Shown: in pieces, positions 17,451 to 26,315 of the stretch
Layout: each line of letters begins with the position of its first letter
How positions within the stretch are numbered: position 1 is the first letter of the stretch
Origin: a virus
Taxonomy: Duplodnaviria > Caudoviricetes
Length of the DNA: 28,060 nt
Virus record (IMG/VR): IMGVR_UViG_3300017777_003631
Location: 1-28,060 of that record
Reading direction: 5' to 3' (one strand)
Translations under genes and position numbers: made by a program
The notes under the pieces: generated by a model
Seen by the model: only the letters and a program-made list of their open reading frames with translations
What the model was told of the DNA's origin: nothing
Databases searched by the model: none

Positions 17451-18296
17451 TCAAAATTCCTCTATAATTTCTATTAGGTTCTTTAATCTATTATTAATCA
17501 TATAGGGAAGAACCTTCGACCTATCCGTTACTAACAAATCTTTGTTAAATTCACTAAGAATATTATTTTCTAATTGTTCAGGAATCATATCAAAATCAAT
17601 AAGAGTTTTATTCCTATCCCAGTTTTTATAATGAGGAGAAGTAGAAATAGTATTAATATTTTCCTTGATTTCAGTAATAACTTTTTGTGTTAATCTGTTT
17701 TGTCGCTTATCTTCAACAACAAAAACATCATCATCTGAGAGAACATTTGGCACACCATCACTAGAATCACCACGCAAAATATGTTCCATCAAAAAGTCAT
17801 ACGGATTGTCACAAACCAAAAGTTGTTTCTTAAATGTGCTATACTGAAACACATTAGGATATCTTTGTAATTGTTGAAAATCTTTATCATTAGAGATAAT
17901 AAGAATTTTCTCTTGATCGTGATATTTTCTTGCAAGAACAGCAATGATATCATCTGCTTCTGCCGATTCTATTTTTATGTTTTTATAGGGAAACACATCA
18001 CGAATCTCATCGCGGATTTTATTTAAAACTTGATAAATTTCATCCCAGTCAAATTCGGACTTTTGATGAGCCTTCGCCCTATTTGCCTTATAGTTTGAAA
18101 AATATTGCTTCCTCCAACAATTAGAAGAATCATGGCAAATTACCAACTCGCCATATTGGTCTTTAAAATGCTTTCTAAGAAGTCGATAAGAATTCAAAAC
18201 CATATGGCGAAGTAAATCTTCACTAATGGTTGAATTATCTTTTACGCTATGAAAAAGATTTGCTAGAATTATTTGATTATTATCTAAAAGGATCAT
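17451..18296 (-). CDS. rnh: T4-like RNase H (5'-3' exonuclease, FEN family)
   Basis: MILLD.NQ, LRHMVLNS, WRK..F..YKANR, EADDIIA, SNDKDF.QLQ, ILRGD.SDGVPN.LS, RN..LIDF..IP. Confidence 0.95.
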   Translation of the reverse strand: MILLDNNQIILANLFHSVKDNSTISEDLLRHMVLNSYRLLRKHFKDQYGELVICHDSSNCWRKQYFSNYKANRAKAHQKSEFDWDEIYQVLNKIRDEIRDVFPYKNIKIESAEADDIIAVLARKYHDQEKILIISNDKDFQQLQRYPNVFQYSTFKKQLLVCDNPYDFLMEHILRGDSSDGVPNVLSDDDVFVVEDKRQNRLTQKVITEIKENINTISTSPHYKNWDRNKTLIDFDMIPEQLENNILSEFNKDLLVTDRSKVLPYMINNRLKNLIEIIEEF

Positions 18297-18302
18297 ATTA
18301 CA

Positions 18303-18330
18303 AGTATACCAACGTAAAAAATAAAGTCAA
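18303..18330 (-). promoter_or_regulatory. Sigma70-like early promoter upstream of rnh
   Basis: TTGACT-16 nt-TATACT with extended -10 (TGgTATACT), filling the 34 nt intergenic gap; the -10 box ends 6 nt before the ATG. Confidence 0.7.
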
Positions 18331-18651
18331 TTAAAATTCTACCCAAAGTAGACCATTGGTATCCCGTATTAATGTATAAGTTCTGCCTGTATCTGGATTA
18401 AGCCAGCGATCTCCGACAGTTTTAGTAATAGGTTCATCAGTTTGATTAAAAAATCTATTAGGATTAATATCACCAACTCGTTCCCATCCGCTATCTTTTG
18501 ATAAAGGATTTACTCCTATAATAATCTTTGTTGCGGCATAATAATTGCCATCAAAATCAACAGTATTACCAATAGTATACTTGATGATTTTGCCATTAGG
18601 ATCATATTTTTTATAAACTCCTAAGAATTTTAAATTATCTGTTTTGTTCAT
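18331..18651 (-). CDS. Hypothetical protein, CBM5/12-like plus fibre-type GD.W motif; possibly virion-associated
   Basis: Y.IG.TV.FDGNYY.A......P.....GWE (CBM5/12-like) and EP....GDRWL.P.TG.TY....W. ATGA-coupled to the upstream gene. Confidence 0.5.
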   Translation of the reverse strand: MNKTDNLKFLGVYKKYDPNGKIIKYTIGNTVDFDGNYYAATKIIIGVNPLSKDSGWERVGDINPNRFFNQTDEPITKTVGDRWLNPDTGRTYTLIRDTNGLLWVEF

Positions 18652-19763
18652 TTTAGTGTTCTGAGCAAAAGAGTATGTGTATTAATTCTACCAGTAGGAC
18701 TAGAATCTTTAGTCTTCTGTGTCTTCCAGTAATTATTTATACTACGAATCCCCTCAGTTTTTGCCTTAGTCATAAATTCAATTGGATTTTTTATCTTCTT
18801 TTCAACCGATTCAGAAGAAAATCCAACAAGAGTTGATCCTTTAACGCTAATGCCAGCACCAGTTTCATCTGATTTGAAAATACAAGCCTTACCGGTTTTC
18901 ACATTAAAAGTGATAAGAGTAGAACAACTAACAATAGATTCTGGCAATATAGATTCAATTCCACTTGAAGTATCTTTGATTAGATACTTGAGTTTTTTGA
19001 TTACTTGCTCAGGCTTCTTTTTTCTCTTCTTTCTTGGTTTTCTATTACTTTTTGCTATTATAATTCTAACTGCCAAATTATCACATATAGACTTATAGAA
19101 GTCATGCATCTTCTGTGCTTGTTTCTTACTTAAAAACGAATATGCTTCTTTTAGTTGGGCATCTTTACCCTCAACGACCAAGGTAAATTCATCCAAACCA
19201 CGCTTAAAGCATTCAATTAAAAATTCACAATGCATTGCACTTGGGGTAATTTCAGTTAACCAAGATTCAATATCAAATGTCTTGTAATTTGACATTTTAC
19301 CACGAATATAATACTCATATTCATCGATCTTTTGTTCTAAAAATGCACCAAGTTCATATGATTGTTGACGTACTCGTTCTCTTACTGGAACGCCTGGTGT
19401 ATTTGTATCCTGAATATTTTTACCAATTTTAATAAGGGTAGTAATTCCTACATCAATATTATTTTTTACTTTTATAGGAAGAATACAATGACACAAAGCA
19501 GCTTCACATCTACTACCAATGCTTCGAAAAGTAAAATTGTCAGTTGGAACTTTAGAAACATATTCCAATCCTTCAATTTTAAATTTTTTCATGTATTCTA
19601 GTACACTATTTTTATAGTCTTTATCTGTGAACTTAGTATTATACCAATTCACTGCCAAAGCAATAGACCAATATACACGTTCTTCGTCTTTAAAATCTTC
19701 AGGTTTCCAGTGCTTCCAATTTGGTTGCTTACCGTAGAATATGTCTTCTGTTTGCGATTTCAT
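18648..19763 (-). CDS. Hypothetical phage protein (371 aa)
   Basis: Long ORF with ATGA overlaps at both ends; QL.EAYS, basic RKPRKKRKKKP..VIKKLKY, C-terminal TGRIN.HTLLL. No function recognised. Confidence 0.75.
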   Translation of the reverse strand: MKSQTEDIFYGKQPNWKHWKPEDFKDEERVYWSIALAVNWYNTKFTDKDYKNSVLEYMKKFKIEGLEYVSKVPTDNFTFRSIGSRCEAALCHCILPIKVKNNIDVGITTLIKIGKNIQDTNTPGVPVRERVRQQSYELGAFLEQKIDEYEYYIRGKMSNYKTFDIESWLTEITPSAMHCEFLIECFKRGLDEFTLVVEGKDAQLKEAYSFLSKKQAQKMHDFYKSICDNLAVRIIIAKSNRKPRKKRKKKPEQVIKKLKYLIKDTSSGIESILPESIVSCSTLITFNVKTGKACIFKSDETGAGISVKGSTLVGFSSESVEKKIKNPIEFMTKAKTEGIRSINNYWKTQKTKDSSPTGRINTHTLLLRTLK

Positions 19764-21337
19764 GACTTATAGTATACAAAAACTGGTTCATATTTCAAAT
19801 AATTTCCGTTCACTTTACAAAAGTTTTTACATTTTGGTTTGCCATCTTCATCTAAACGATTCTGCCCAGGCATACCTTCCATTGCCATTTTTAATGTTTG
19901 AATATATTTCATTCCAAGACTCTCTAATATATCTCTTGAGTCCTTTTCTAATGGCAAATAGTTACCTGAGATTTTAATATCGGCAATATTCCATAAAAGA
20001 TATCTATTATTTTTTAAATATTCAACACAAGTTTCTAGTGTTGGGCGAAGAAATCCATCTCGCCAAGAATCATAATTATCAAACTTTTTATAAGATTGAT
20101 TTTCATTTTCAGAATACGCTTCTCTATTAAAATACGGAGGAGAAGTAAAAATTAAATCAATAGTTCCTTTATATTTCTGAAACTCAACATCATCTTTTAT
20201 TGTTTCCGAACCATGTTTAAAAATTTCGTAAGTATTCGTGGTTGAGAAAAATGCGTTTCCTCTATAAGTTCTATTGTTATAGAAATTAGCAAGATCAGCG
20301 TACATACCCCCAACCCCAAGACTAGTAGGGAAATTATCCAAGTTAGGATCAGTCCCGACGTAGTGAATATTTCTAGTATCATTAACAGACATTGCGCCAA
20401 GCAGACGGCCGCCCCAACCAGAAGAAGGGTCATAAATATTAATTTGATTTTGTCTATAAAAGGGTTCTGTAAATTTTTCATAAAGATATCTTGCCGTTAA
20501 CGGCGGAAAATTAACTGCGGGTTGAATATAACCTATTCTAAAACTAGGAAAACATTTAGGAAATACTTTATATCCCCTTTGATATACTCTAATTCTAAAA
20601 ATCTTGTCATCGGGAATATTCTCTGTATCGAAAGTCGAATAGTGCCGATATGATAATTTGGATTTCCAATTTAGAAATTGCTGTTTAGTCAGTGAAAGTA
20701 TTTTTGATTGTTCTATTTGATAATAACCCGTATTCATGCCATCTTCATCATCATGTTGATCTAAAATAAAATCATGATCTCTGAAAATTGAGGGATTATT
20801 AAAATATGCTTCTAACCATTCCTCACCACTACCAACAGAAATAATAGCATATTTGCTATCGTTCTTTATTGCAGAACAAGCAAAAGTATAAAGAGAATCG
20901 CGGCGAATATGCCGACGAGCACCCTTTATCATTTTTGTTAAATACTTATCGTTTGCAAATAAATCGTAAATAGAATAACCAGTATCGTTTTCGCTGTAGT
21001 TTATTCTAGTCTTGTACATATTAGAAAACCATTGATCTGCTTCTGCACCTAAACGAGATTTATTAATAATCACATCTTTCTCGCCTGTTAATTCATCTAC
21101 AAATTCAAAAGTATGTACAGGATATCCGGTGAGTTTATTAAACTCCTCTATGATATCAACTTCATTTTTGCCTGTTCTTGGTGGGCAATTATTAGTATCC
21201 CATGACTCAAGAACTACTTTACGCATATCCTTTACCCATTCTTCGAATTCAGAATCGTTCATAGAAACAATGTCTTCAAAGAAAACATTAATTTTATGAT
21301 TTAAAAGATAGTCGTTTCTTTCGTAAAAATGCTTCAT
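19760..21337 (-). CDS. DNA amino-methyltransferase (N4-C/N6-A type, SPPY motif) with a long N-terminal region
   Basis: SAM-binding motif I IYDPSSGWGGRLLG, YVGTDPN, catalytic DLIFTSPPYF..E.YS, W..GFL. Start set to the ATG at 21337 (ATGA overlap with the upstream stop). Confidence 0.8.
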   Translation of the reverse strand: MKHFYERNDYLLNHKINVFFEDIVSMNDSEFEEWVKDMRKVVLESWDTNNCPPRTGKNEVDIIEEFNKLTGYPVHTFEFVDELTGEKDVIINKSRLGAEADQWFSNMYKTRINYSENDTGYSIYDLFANDKYLTKMIKGARRHIRRDSLYTFACSAIKNDSKYAIISVGSGEEWLEAYFNNPSIFRDHDFILDQHDDEDGMNTGYYQIEQSKILSLTKQQFLNWKSKLSYRHYSTFDTENIPDDKIFRIRVYQRGYKVFPKCFPSFRIGYIQPAVNFPPLTARYLYEKFTEPFYRQNQINIYDPSSGWGGRLLGAMSVNDTRNIHYVGTDPNLDNFPTSLGVGGMYADLANFYNNRTYRGNAFFSTTNTYEIFKHGSETIKDDVEFQKYKGTIDLIFTSPPYFNREAYSENENQSYKKFDNYDSWRDGFLRPTLETCVEYLKNNRYLLWNIADIKISGNYLPLEKDSRDILESLGMKYIQTLKMAMEGMPGQNRLDEDGKPKCKNFCKVNGNYLKYEPVFVYYKS

Positions 21338-22065
21338 GCGCCAACATTCCAAAATAGAGCATTAGGGGATGCGTGTTCTTTCATAAATTTCCATGCTTTT
21401 GCATCATACGTTGGTACAGAGGGAAAGGGAGGAGCATCAGCAGGATCGACTGCATTGAAGAAAGGAATGTCACATTTGTACATTTTTGCTCTACCCAATT
21501 CCCTCTGTCCCATTTTATGACCCACAGAAACACAATTAAATTCTGCTTCTGGCCATGCTAATTGCAACCCTCTAGTAAGAGTACCACTAGATCCGACCGT
21601 CCATACCTCTTTTGGTTGAATTGGTAGAGTCTTTGCTAATTTGCAAATTTCAGATATTACTTCAGGACAATCAAATCCAATAGGGAATAGTTTTCTATTG
21701 TCTGTGTCAGAAGCAACATAGTCTCTTGATCTTTTTTGAGTTACACTAAGCATACCATTGTCTACTCCGTGTATTATAGCACCATAATTCATTGATTTCA
21801 ACTGGTAAGGATGAAGATTCTCTGGTTTTCTTTTTGCCATGAACAGAATACATTTTTTATTTAAATGCTGACATACTCTCGCTAATGCAATTTGAGCATA
21901 TCCCGTTGCAGGTGATGATCCGTATACCATTTCATTCTGTGGCGAAGTTTTAATTAGATTCTGAATAAATCTAGTTTTAGAACCACCTTCAATCAAATCA
22001 TCACGAACTACATAAAACTGTTCATATTTTTCTATAACAGGTTTTGGGTTTATTTCGTCGTTCAT
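21334..22065 (-). CDS. PLP-dependent enzyme, fold type II (ACC deaminase / D-cysteine desulfhydrase / TrpB-like)
   Basis: VVRDDLIEGGSKTR (PLP Schiff-base Lys, cf. KRDD...GGNK.R), WTVGSSGTL phosphate loop, PTYDAKAW (cf. DPVYTGKA), LFWNVG. Confidence 0.82.
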   Translation of the reverse strand: MNDEINPKPVIEKYEQFYVVRDDLIEGGSKTRFIQNLIKTSPQNEMVYGSSPATGYAQIALARVCQHLNKKCILFMAKRKPENLHPYQLKSMNYGAIIHGVDNGMLSVTQKRSRDYVASDTDNRKLFPIGFDCPEVISEICKLAKTLPIQPKEVWTVGSSGTLTRGLQLAWPEAEFNCVSVGHKMGQRELGRAKMYKCDIPFFNAVDPADAPPFPSVPTYDAKAWKFMKEHASPNALFWNVGA

Positions 22066-23777
22066 GTAAGTTTACTAAAATTATTTTTCTTTTCAAAACC
22101 AATAACGTGCTGAAACTTATCAACTAATTGATCTGATTTATGACTAATTACAAAAATATTAGATTTATCACTTACTGCATTCAATAACTTCATTAGTTCA
22201 TCCATACCCAACGCATCAAGAGAAGAATCAAACACTTCATCAAGAATTAAAATATTGCAGTTTACACTATTCTTAGTTCTGGCAATTTCTCTCCAGGCCA
22301 ATAATAATGCCAAATCAATTCTCATCTTTTCTCCTTCACTGAAATTCATGTAACTAAATTCATCTCTGTGTCTACTCTTGATCTTTTCATTAAAATCTTC
22401 ATCAAGAGTAAATTGTGCAAAAAAGTCCATAGATGATAAGAATTTATTAATGTACTTATTCATAAATGGCAAATAGTACTTAATAATTTTTGCTTTAACT
22501 CCGGAATCCTTTAATAACACATGTGCATGTTCATGATATAAAAGTTCTTCTTTATTTTCTTCTTTTTCTTTTTCAAATACAGAAAGAGAAGACTGATATT
22601 GATTTAATTTTTCCTTTTGAGAATCCAAATGGCTGGTAGAAGTTGCCATATCAGATAATTCTTTATTAAATGTCGAAAGATACTTTTCGGCATTTGTAAT
22701 AGATGTCTTTTTTTGTACAATTTCTAAATTTCTATCTTGTATTTCTTTAGTTACTTTTGAAATTTCAGATAATCTATTAGATACATTATCGATATTAGTA
22801 TTCAAACTAACTATTGCTTTTTCATATTCTGACTTCTTTTCATTTCTTTTAGATACTTCTGTTTTCTTTGTTTCAGAATCTATAGTCTGATTACATGACG
22901 GACAAGAAACATTTTCTTCAAAGAATGAAATATCTTTTTGTATATTATTAAGATTTATATGAATTTTTGTTTTTAATTTTTCAAGTTCAGTTAGTGATTT
23001 ATTAGACGAAGATTGGTCTACAATTTGTTTAATGAGTTCAGTTACTCCATTTTCCAAATCCAAAATTTCACTTCGTAATGTTTGTATGTCTATAGAAATA
23101 TTATTTACTTTGTCCTGAACAAGTTTGATATCTTCGTTACTTTTATTTTCCATACTAGTAACATACTGTTTTTGTAGAATAATTTTTTGTTTTTCTAAAT
23201 CTGTCTTTGTTGAGATATCACGAAGAGTTTCTTTTATCTGTAGAATTTTACCCTTAAGTAAAATATTCATTGTACTGAAAACATTAATATCAAGGATATT
23301 TTCAATTACAGAACGGCGATCTGATGCCGACAATTGCATAAAGGGAACAAAAGACGAACTACCCAATATTACAACTTGGGTAAATGTCTTATAGTTCATC
23401 TTTATAATTTGATCTTCAAGAACTTCTTGATAATCAAGACTTTTTGCATCCTGATTAATAAGAATATTGTTCTTATGAATTTCAAATAACTTTGGATTCA
23501 ATCCTCGGCGAATTAAATATTCATCAGAACCTTTAGTAAATTCAATTTCAACTAGACAATTCTTATCGTTTACAGAATTTACTAGTTGAGGAATATTAAT
23601 CTTTCTAAAGGGTTTACCAAATAAAGCAAATGTAATAGAATCCAGAAAAGCAAATGATTTTCCGCTACCATTATTACCACAAATAAGAGTGGTTGGATTT
23701 TTATCCAGAATCAGTTCAGTAAAAGTATTACCAAACGATCCAAAATTTTTAAACCGTACCTTATTGAACTTTATCAT
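22062..23777 (-). CDS. gp46: Recombination exonuclease subunit gp46 (Rad50/SbcC-like)
   Basis: FKNFGSFGN, Walker A GNNGSGKS, LFGKPFR.I, QVVILGS, zinc hook CPSC in coiled coil, signature FSEGEK, Walker B LILDEVFD, H-loop ISH. Confidence 0.97.
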   Translation of the reverse strand: MIKFNKVRFKNFGSFGNTFTELILDKNPTTLICGNNGSGKSFAFLDSITFALFGKPFRKINIPQLVNSVNDKNCLVEIEFTKGSDEYLIRRGLNPKLFEIHKNNILINQDAKSLDYQEVLEDQIIKMNYKTFTQVVILGSSSFVPFMQLSASDRRSVIENILDINVFSTMNILLKGKILQIKETLRDISTKTDLEKQKIILQKQYVTSMENKSNEDIKLVQDKVNNISIDIQTLRSEILDLENGVTELIKQIVDQSSSNKSLTELEKLKTKIHINLNNIQKDISFFEENVSCPSCNQTIDSETKKTEVSKRNEKKSEYEKAIVSLNTNIDNVSNRLSEISKVTKEIQDRNLEIVQKKTSITNAEKYLSTFNKELSDMATSTSHLDSQKEKLNQYQSSLSVFEKEKEENKEELLYHEHAHVLLKDSGVKAKIIKYYLPFMNKYINKFLSSMDFFAQFTLDEDFNEKIKSRHRDEFSYMNFSEGEKMRIDLALLLAWREIARTKNSVNCNILILDEVFDSSLDALGMDELMKLLNAVSDKSNIFVISHKSDQLVDKFQHVIGFEKKNNFSKLT

Positions 23778-24561
23778 TTAAAATTTTCTCAGGCACTACC
23801 ATAGAACGGAAAAGTAAATCTTCAGCTGTTTTTTCTTCGATTGGTGTGGGTTCTTGTATTTCTTCTTTCACTAATTCTATTGGTTCATTCTTCTTTTCTC
23901 CCGAAGAAGCTTCTTTGACTGAATCTCTCAAACTTTTACCACTTGGCGGCCATCCTTCAGGAGTACCCCGTTCAAATGTTATCTTAGATTCCATCTTAAG
24001 TCGCATAGAATATCCTGCACCATAGTACCATACAATTTCTTCGTTTTGTTTGATATCAGTTAGCGCATGAAGTGAATAGTATTTCAAAGCAGTATCTTGT
24101 GTCCAATATGCATTTGGTTGTTCGGAATGATTATACACCATTCCATTTCCTAGAACTAATGCCATGGTCGAACCATTCTTTTCACATATAGAACAACCAC
24201 ATCCCCAAGCAAAAGCATATCGATTCAATACCCAATCTTTGCTTTGCGTAAAAGTAGTATCTGTCAAAACAACCGGACATTCCTCAATAACATCTCCAGA
24301 TTTGATGTCCTCAGATGCAAACACACCTAATCCACTAATTTTTGATTTTCCTACATAAACTTTTGGTTGAATAAATTTACTCTTTATTGCAAATTTATTT
24401 TCTTTTGCAATATATGCAGAAACATAATAACTGTGAGATTTTCTTGCCGGAAAACCATATTCATCATACTCAGGAACCATATCATCGTTTCCTGGCAAAT
24501 AAATGGATGGGTCAAAAATCTTTGGTCTATCTTCGTTTGATGGCATTTCATTTGTATTCAT
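23761..24561 (-). CDS. SET-domain protein-lysine methyltransferase
   Basis: S.ISGLGVFA..DI..G..IEECP (motif I), YNHSEQPNA (NHS motif), ALTDI..NEEIVWYYG (pseudoknot/catalytic Tyr). Confidence 0.88.
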   Translation of the reverse strand: MNTNEMPSNEDRPKIFDPSIYLPGNDDMVPEYDEYGFPARKSHSYYVSAYIAKENKFAIKSKFIQPKVYVGKSKISGLGVFASEDIKSGDVIEECPVVLTDTTFTQSKDWVLNRYAFAWGCGCSICEKNGSTMALVLGNGMVYNHSEQPNAYWTQDTALKYYSLHALTDIKQNEEIVWYYGAGYSMRLKMESKITFERGTPEGWPPSGKSLRDSVKEASSGEKKNEPIELVKEEIQEPTPIEEKTAEDLLFRSMVVPEKILNDKVQ

Positions 24562-25610
24562 AGTGTTAAACTCTCCATATATAGATCTTTTAGTAAAACT
24601 TTCAATTTACTTTTGTTTTCAATTCCTTCAAGCAAATCAATTTCTTTGTTAATTATACTCAAGGTATCTTGTGCAACATCAATATCACTCTCAATGAGTT
24701 TTTCTTGATAATCTTCTATTATTGATATTTCTTGTACAGGAACAGCATACAAAGAATCAATAAATTTGTCAAACACAAAAGGTTTTGTTTTATTAGATAC
24801 AATTATTTTCATAAAACAATTTTTGAATTTAGAAGGATCTTCTGATAACAATTGTTGTGTTTCTTGTGTAGTATCGTCGTATTTTATCGTATAAAATATT
24901 TTGTTTGGATTTTCGATAAATGTTAATTCTCTTGTATCTGTATCCAAAACATGAAATCCTTTTACACAATTTACATCACCAAAATTTAATTGATACTGAG
25001 TACCAAGATAATGAATATTTCTACCTTCTTGCTTCATATGAAAATGACCAGATAGAACCATTTCGAATCTATTAAATTCTTTTTCTGTTATTCCATGCGG
25101 ATGCACAACGCCATTTATAACTTGAAATCCTTTTATCTCAAAATGTCCAACTACAATTGGACAACTACATGATTGTATAAAATTTAAACATTCGGTTTCA
25201 TTATCTTTGGCAATCCAAGGAACCATGCCAATACAAAGACCATCAAAGTTTAATTCTTCGGGTCTTTCAATGATACGAATTAAATTATTCTCATTGTAAA
25301 ATAACTCACGCAATGAGTTCAATGAATTTGTGTTTTTATAATAAGTGTCATGATTACCTACTGTTATGTAAGTATTTATTTTATTCTCAACTAATGGAGC
25401 AAAAAATCTATTTCTTACTTGAGAGAGTGTATTAAAGTTAATATACTTTCTTCTGTCTAATAGATCGCCAAGGTGGAGAACATTATGAATTTTGTTCTCT
25501 TTCAAATATGGAAAAAATATTTGTTCAAAGAATTCTAAAGAATGTTCTAGAAAAAAAGGCGAATCGTTTCTTGCCCCAAAATGGGTATCATTAATAATTG
25601 CAATTTTCAT
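24558..25610 (-). CDS. gp47: Recombination endonuclease subunit gp47 (Mre11/SbcD-like)
   Basis: Metallophosphoesterase motifs DTHFG, HLGDLLDRR, GNHD, GHFE, SGHFH; follows gp55. Confidence 0.96.
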   Translation of the reverse strand: MKIAIINDTHFGARNDSPFFLEHSLEFFEQIFFPYLKENKIHNVLHLGDLLDRRKYINFNTLSQVRNRFFAPLVENKINTYITVGNHDTYYKNTNSLNSLRELFYNENNLIRIIERPEELNFDGLCIGMVPWIAKDNETECLNFIQSCSCPIVVGHFEIKGFQVINGVVHPHGITEKEFNRFEMVLSGHFHMKQEGRNIHYLGTQYQLNFGDVNCVKGFHVLDTDTRELTFIENPNKIFYTIKYDDTTQETQQLLSEDPSKFKNCFMKIIVSNKTKPFVFDKFIDSLYAVPVQEISIIEDYQEKLIESDIDVAQDTLSIINKEIDLLEGIENKSKLKVLLKDLYMESLTL

Positions 25611-25615
25611 TGTAT

Positions 25616-26221
25616 TTAATCGAAAAAATTATCTGTCTTTTTATTTTTACGCTTTTTCTTTGTTTTCTTTTCTTTCGGTTCCATTTTATCAATGTCTTGT
25701 TCCGTTAAAAAGAATGTCTTTTGCATAAATTCACTATAAGTATAAGACCCTTGATTTTCTCTTAACCAATCAGTAAATTTACCATCCATATTATGCATTT
25801 GTAATGCTTTATATTTTACAAATGCTTGTTTCTTTTCCTTTTCTATTCTACGCAAAAAGGCATAATAAATGATTTGTGTAAAATACGAAAACGGATTATT
25901 TGATTTGTTAGGGTCAAAATTATGAGCGTATAATAGGCAATTTTCTATACCATCCCCTACCATATCTTCACGGAAAGGGTAATTAATAAAATTGGGTCTA
26001 TACGATAAATGTTCAGCAATTTTGACGAAGCACTCTGCGATGTAATCGCTTATAGGGGGTCTACGTTCGTCGCAGGCCTCTGCGGCGCGTACGAGTTGCT
26101 TCCAGTCGGTCATTGCTTCACAAAACTTCACATTATCTATGTAATGTTTTAAATTTGTTAATACTTTTTCCGGAATAGTTTCTTCTACTATTAGATTTTG
26201 TTTCTTCTTCTTTTTCTTCAT
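25616..26221 (-). CDS. gp55: Late-transcription sigma factor gp55
   Basis: HYIDN..F, YIAECF.KIA.HLS.RPNFINY.FREDMVGDGIENCL.Y..NFDP.KS.NPFSYFTQIIYYAFLRRI.KEKKQ. Confidence 0.96.
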   Translation of the reverse strand: MKKKKKKQNLIVEETIPEKVLTNLKHYIDNVKFCEAMTDWKQLVRAAEACDERRPPISDYIAECFVKIAEHLSYRPNFINYPFREDMVGDGIENCLLYAHNFDPNKSNNPFSYFTQIIYYAFLRRIEKEKKQAFVKYKALQMHNMDGKFTDWLRENQGSYTYSEFMQKTFFLTEQDIDKMEPKEKKTKKKRKNKKTDNFFD

Positions 26222-26238
26222 ATTTTACCCATGTGTGA

Positions 26239-26266
26239 ATTATAACAAGTCATCAGAAAAAATCAA
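26239..26266 (-). promoter_or_regulatory. Sigma70-like promoter for gp55-gp47-SET-gp46
   Basis: TTGATT-16 nt-TATAAT with extended -10 (TGtTATAAT), 17 nt before the gp55 ATG; same architecture as the rnh promoter. Confidence 0.7.
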
Positions 26267-26286
26267 GAAATATATTAGAATTTCTC

Positions 26287-26315
26287 TTGACACCGATGAC
26301 TACTATCATTACAAT
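26287..26315 (+). promoter_or_regulatory. Divergent sigma70-like promoter on the + strand
   Basis: TTGACA (26287-26292)-17 nt-TACAAT (26310-26315), back-to-back with the gp55 promoter; no + strand ORF downstream. Confidence 0.55.
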
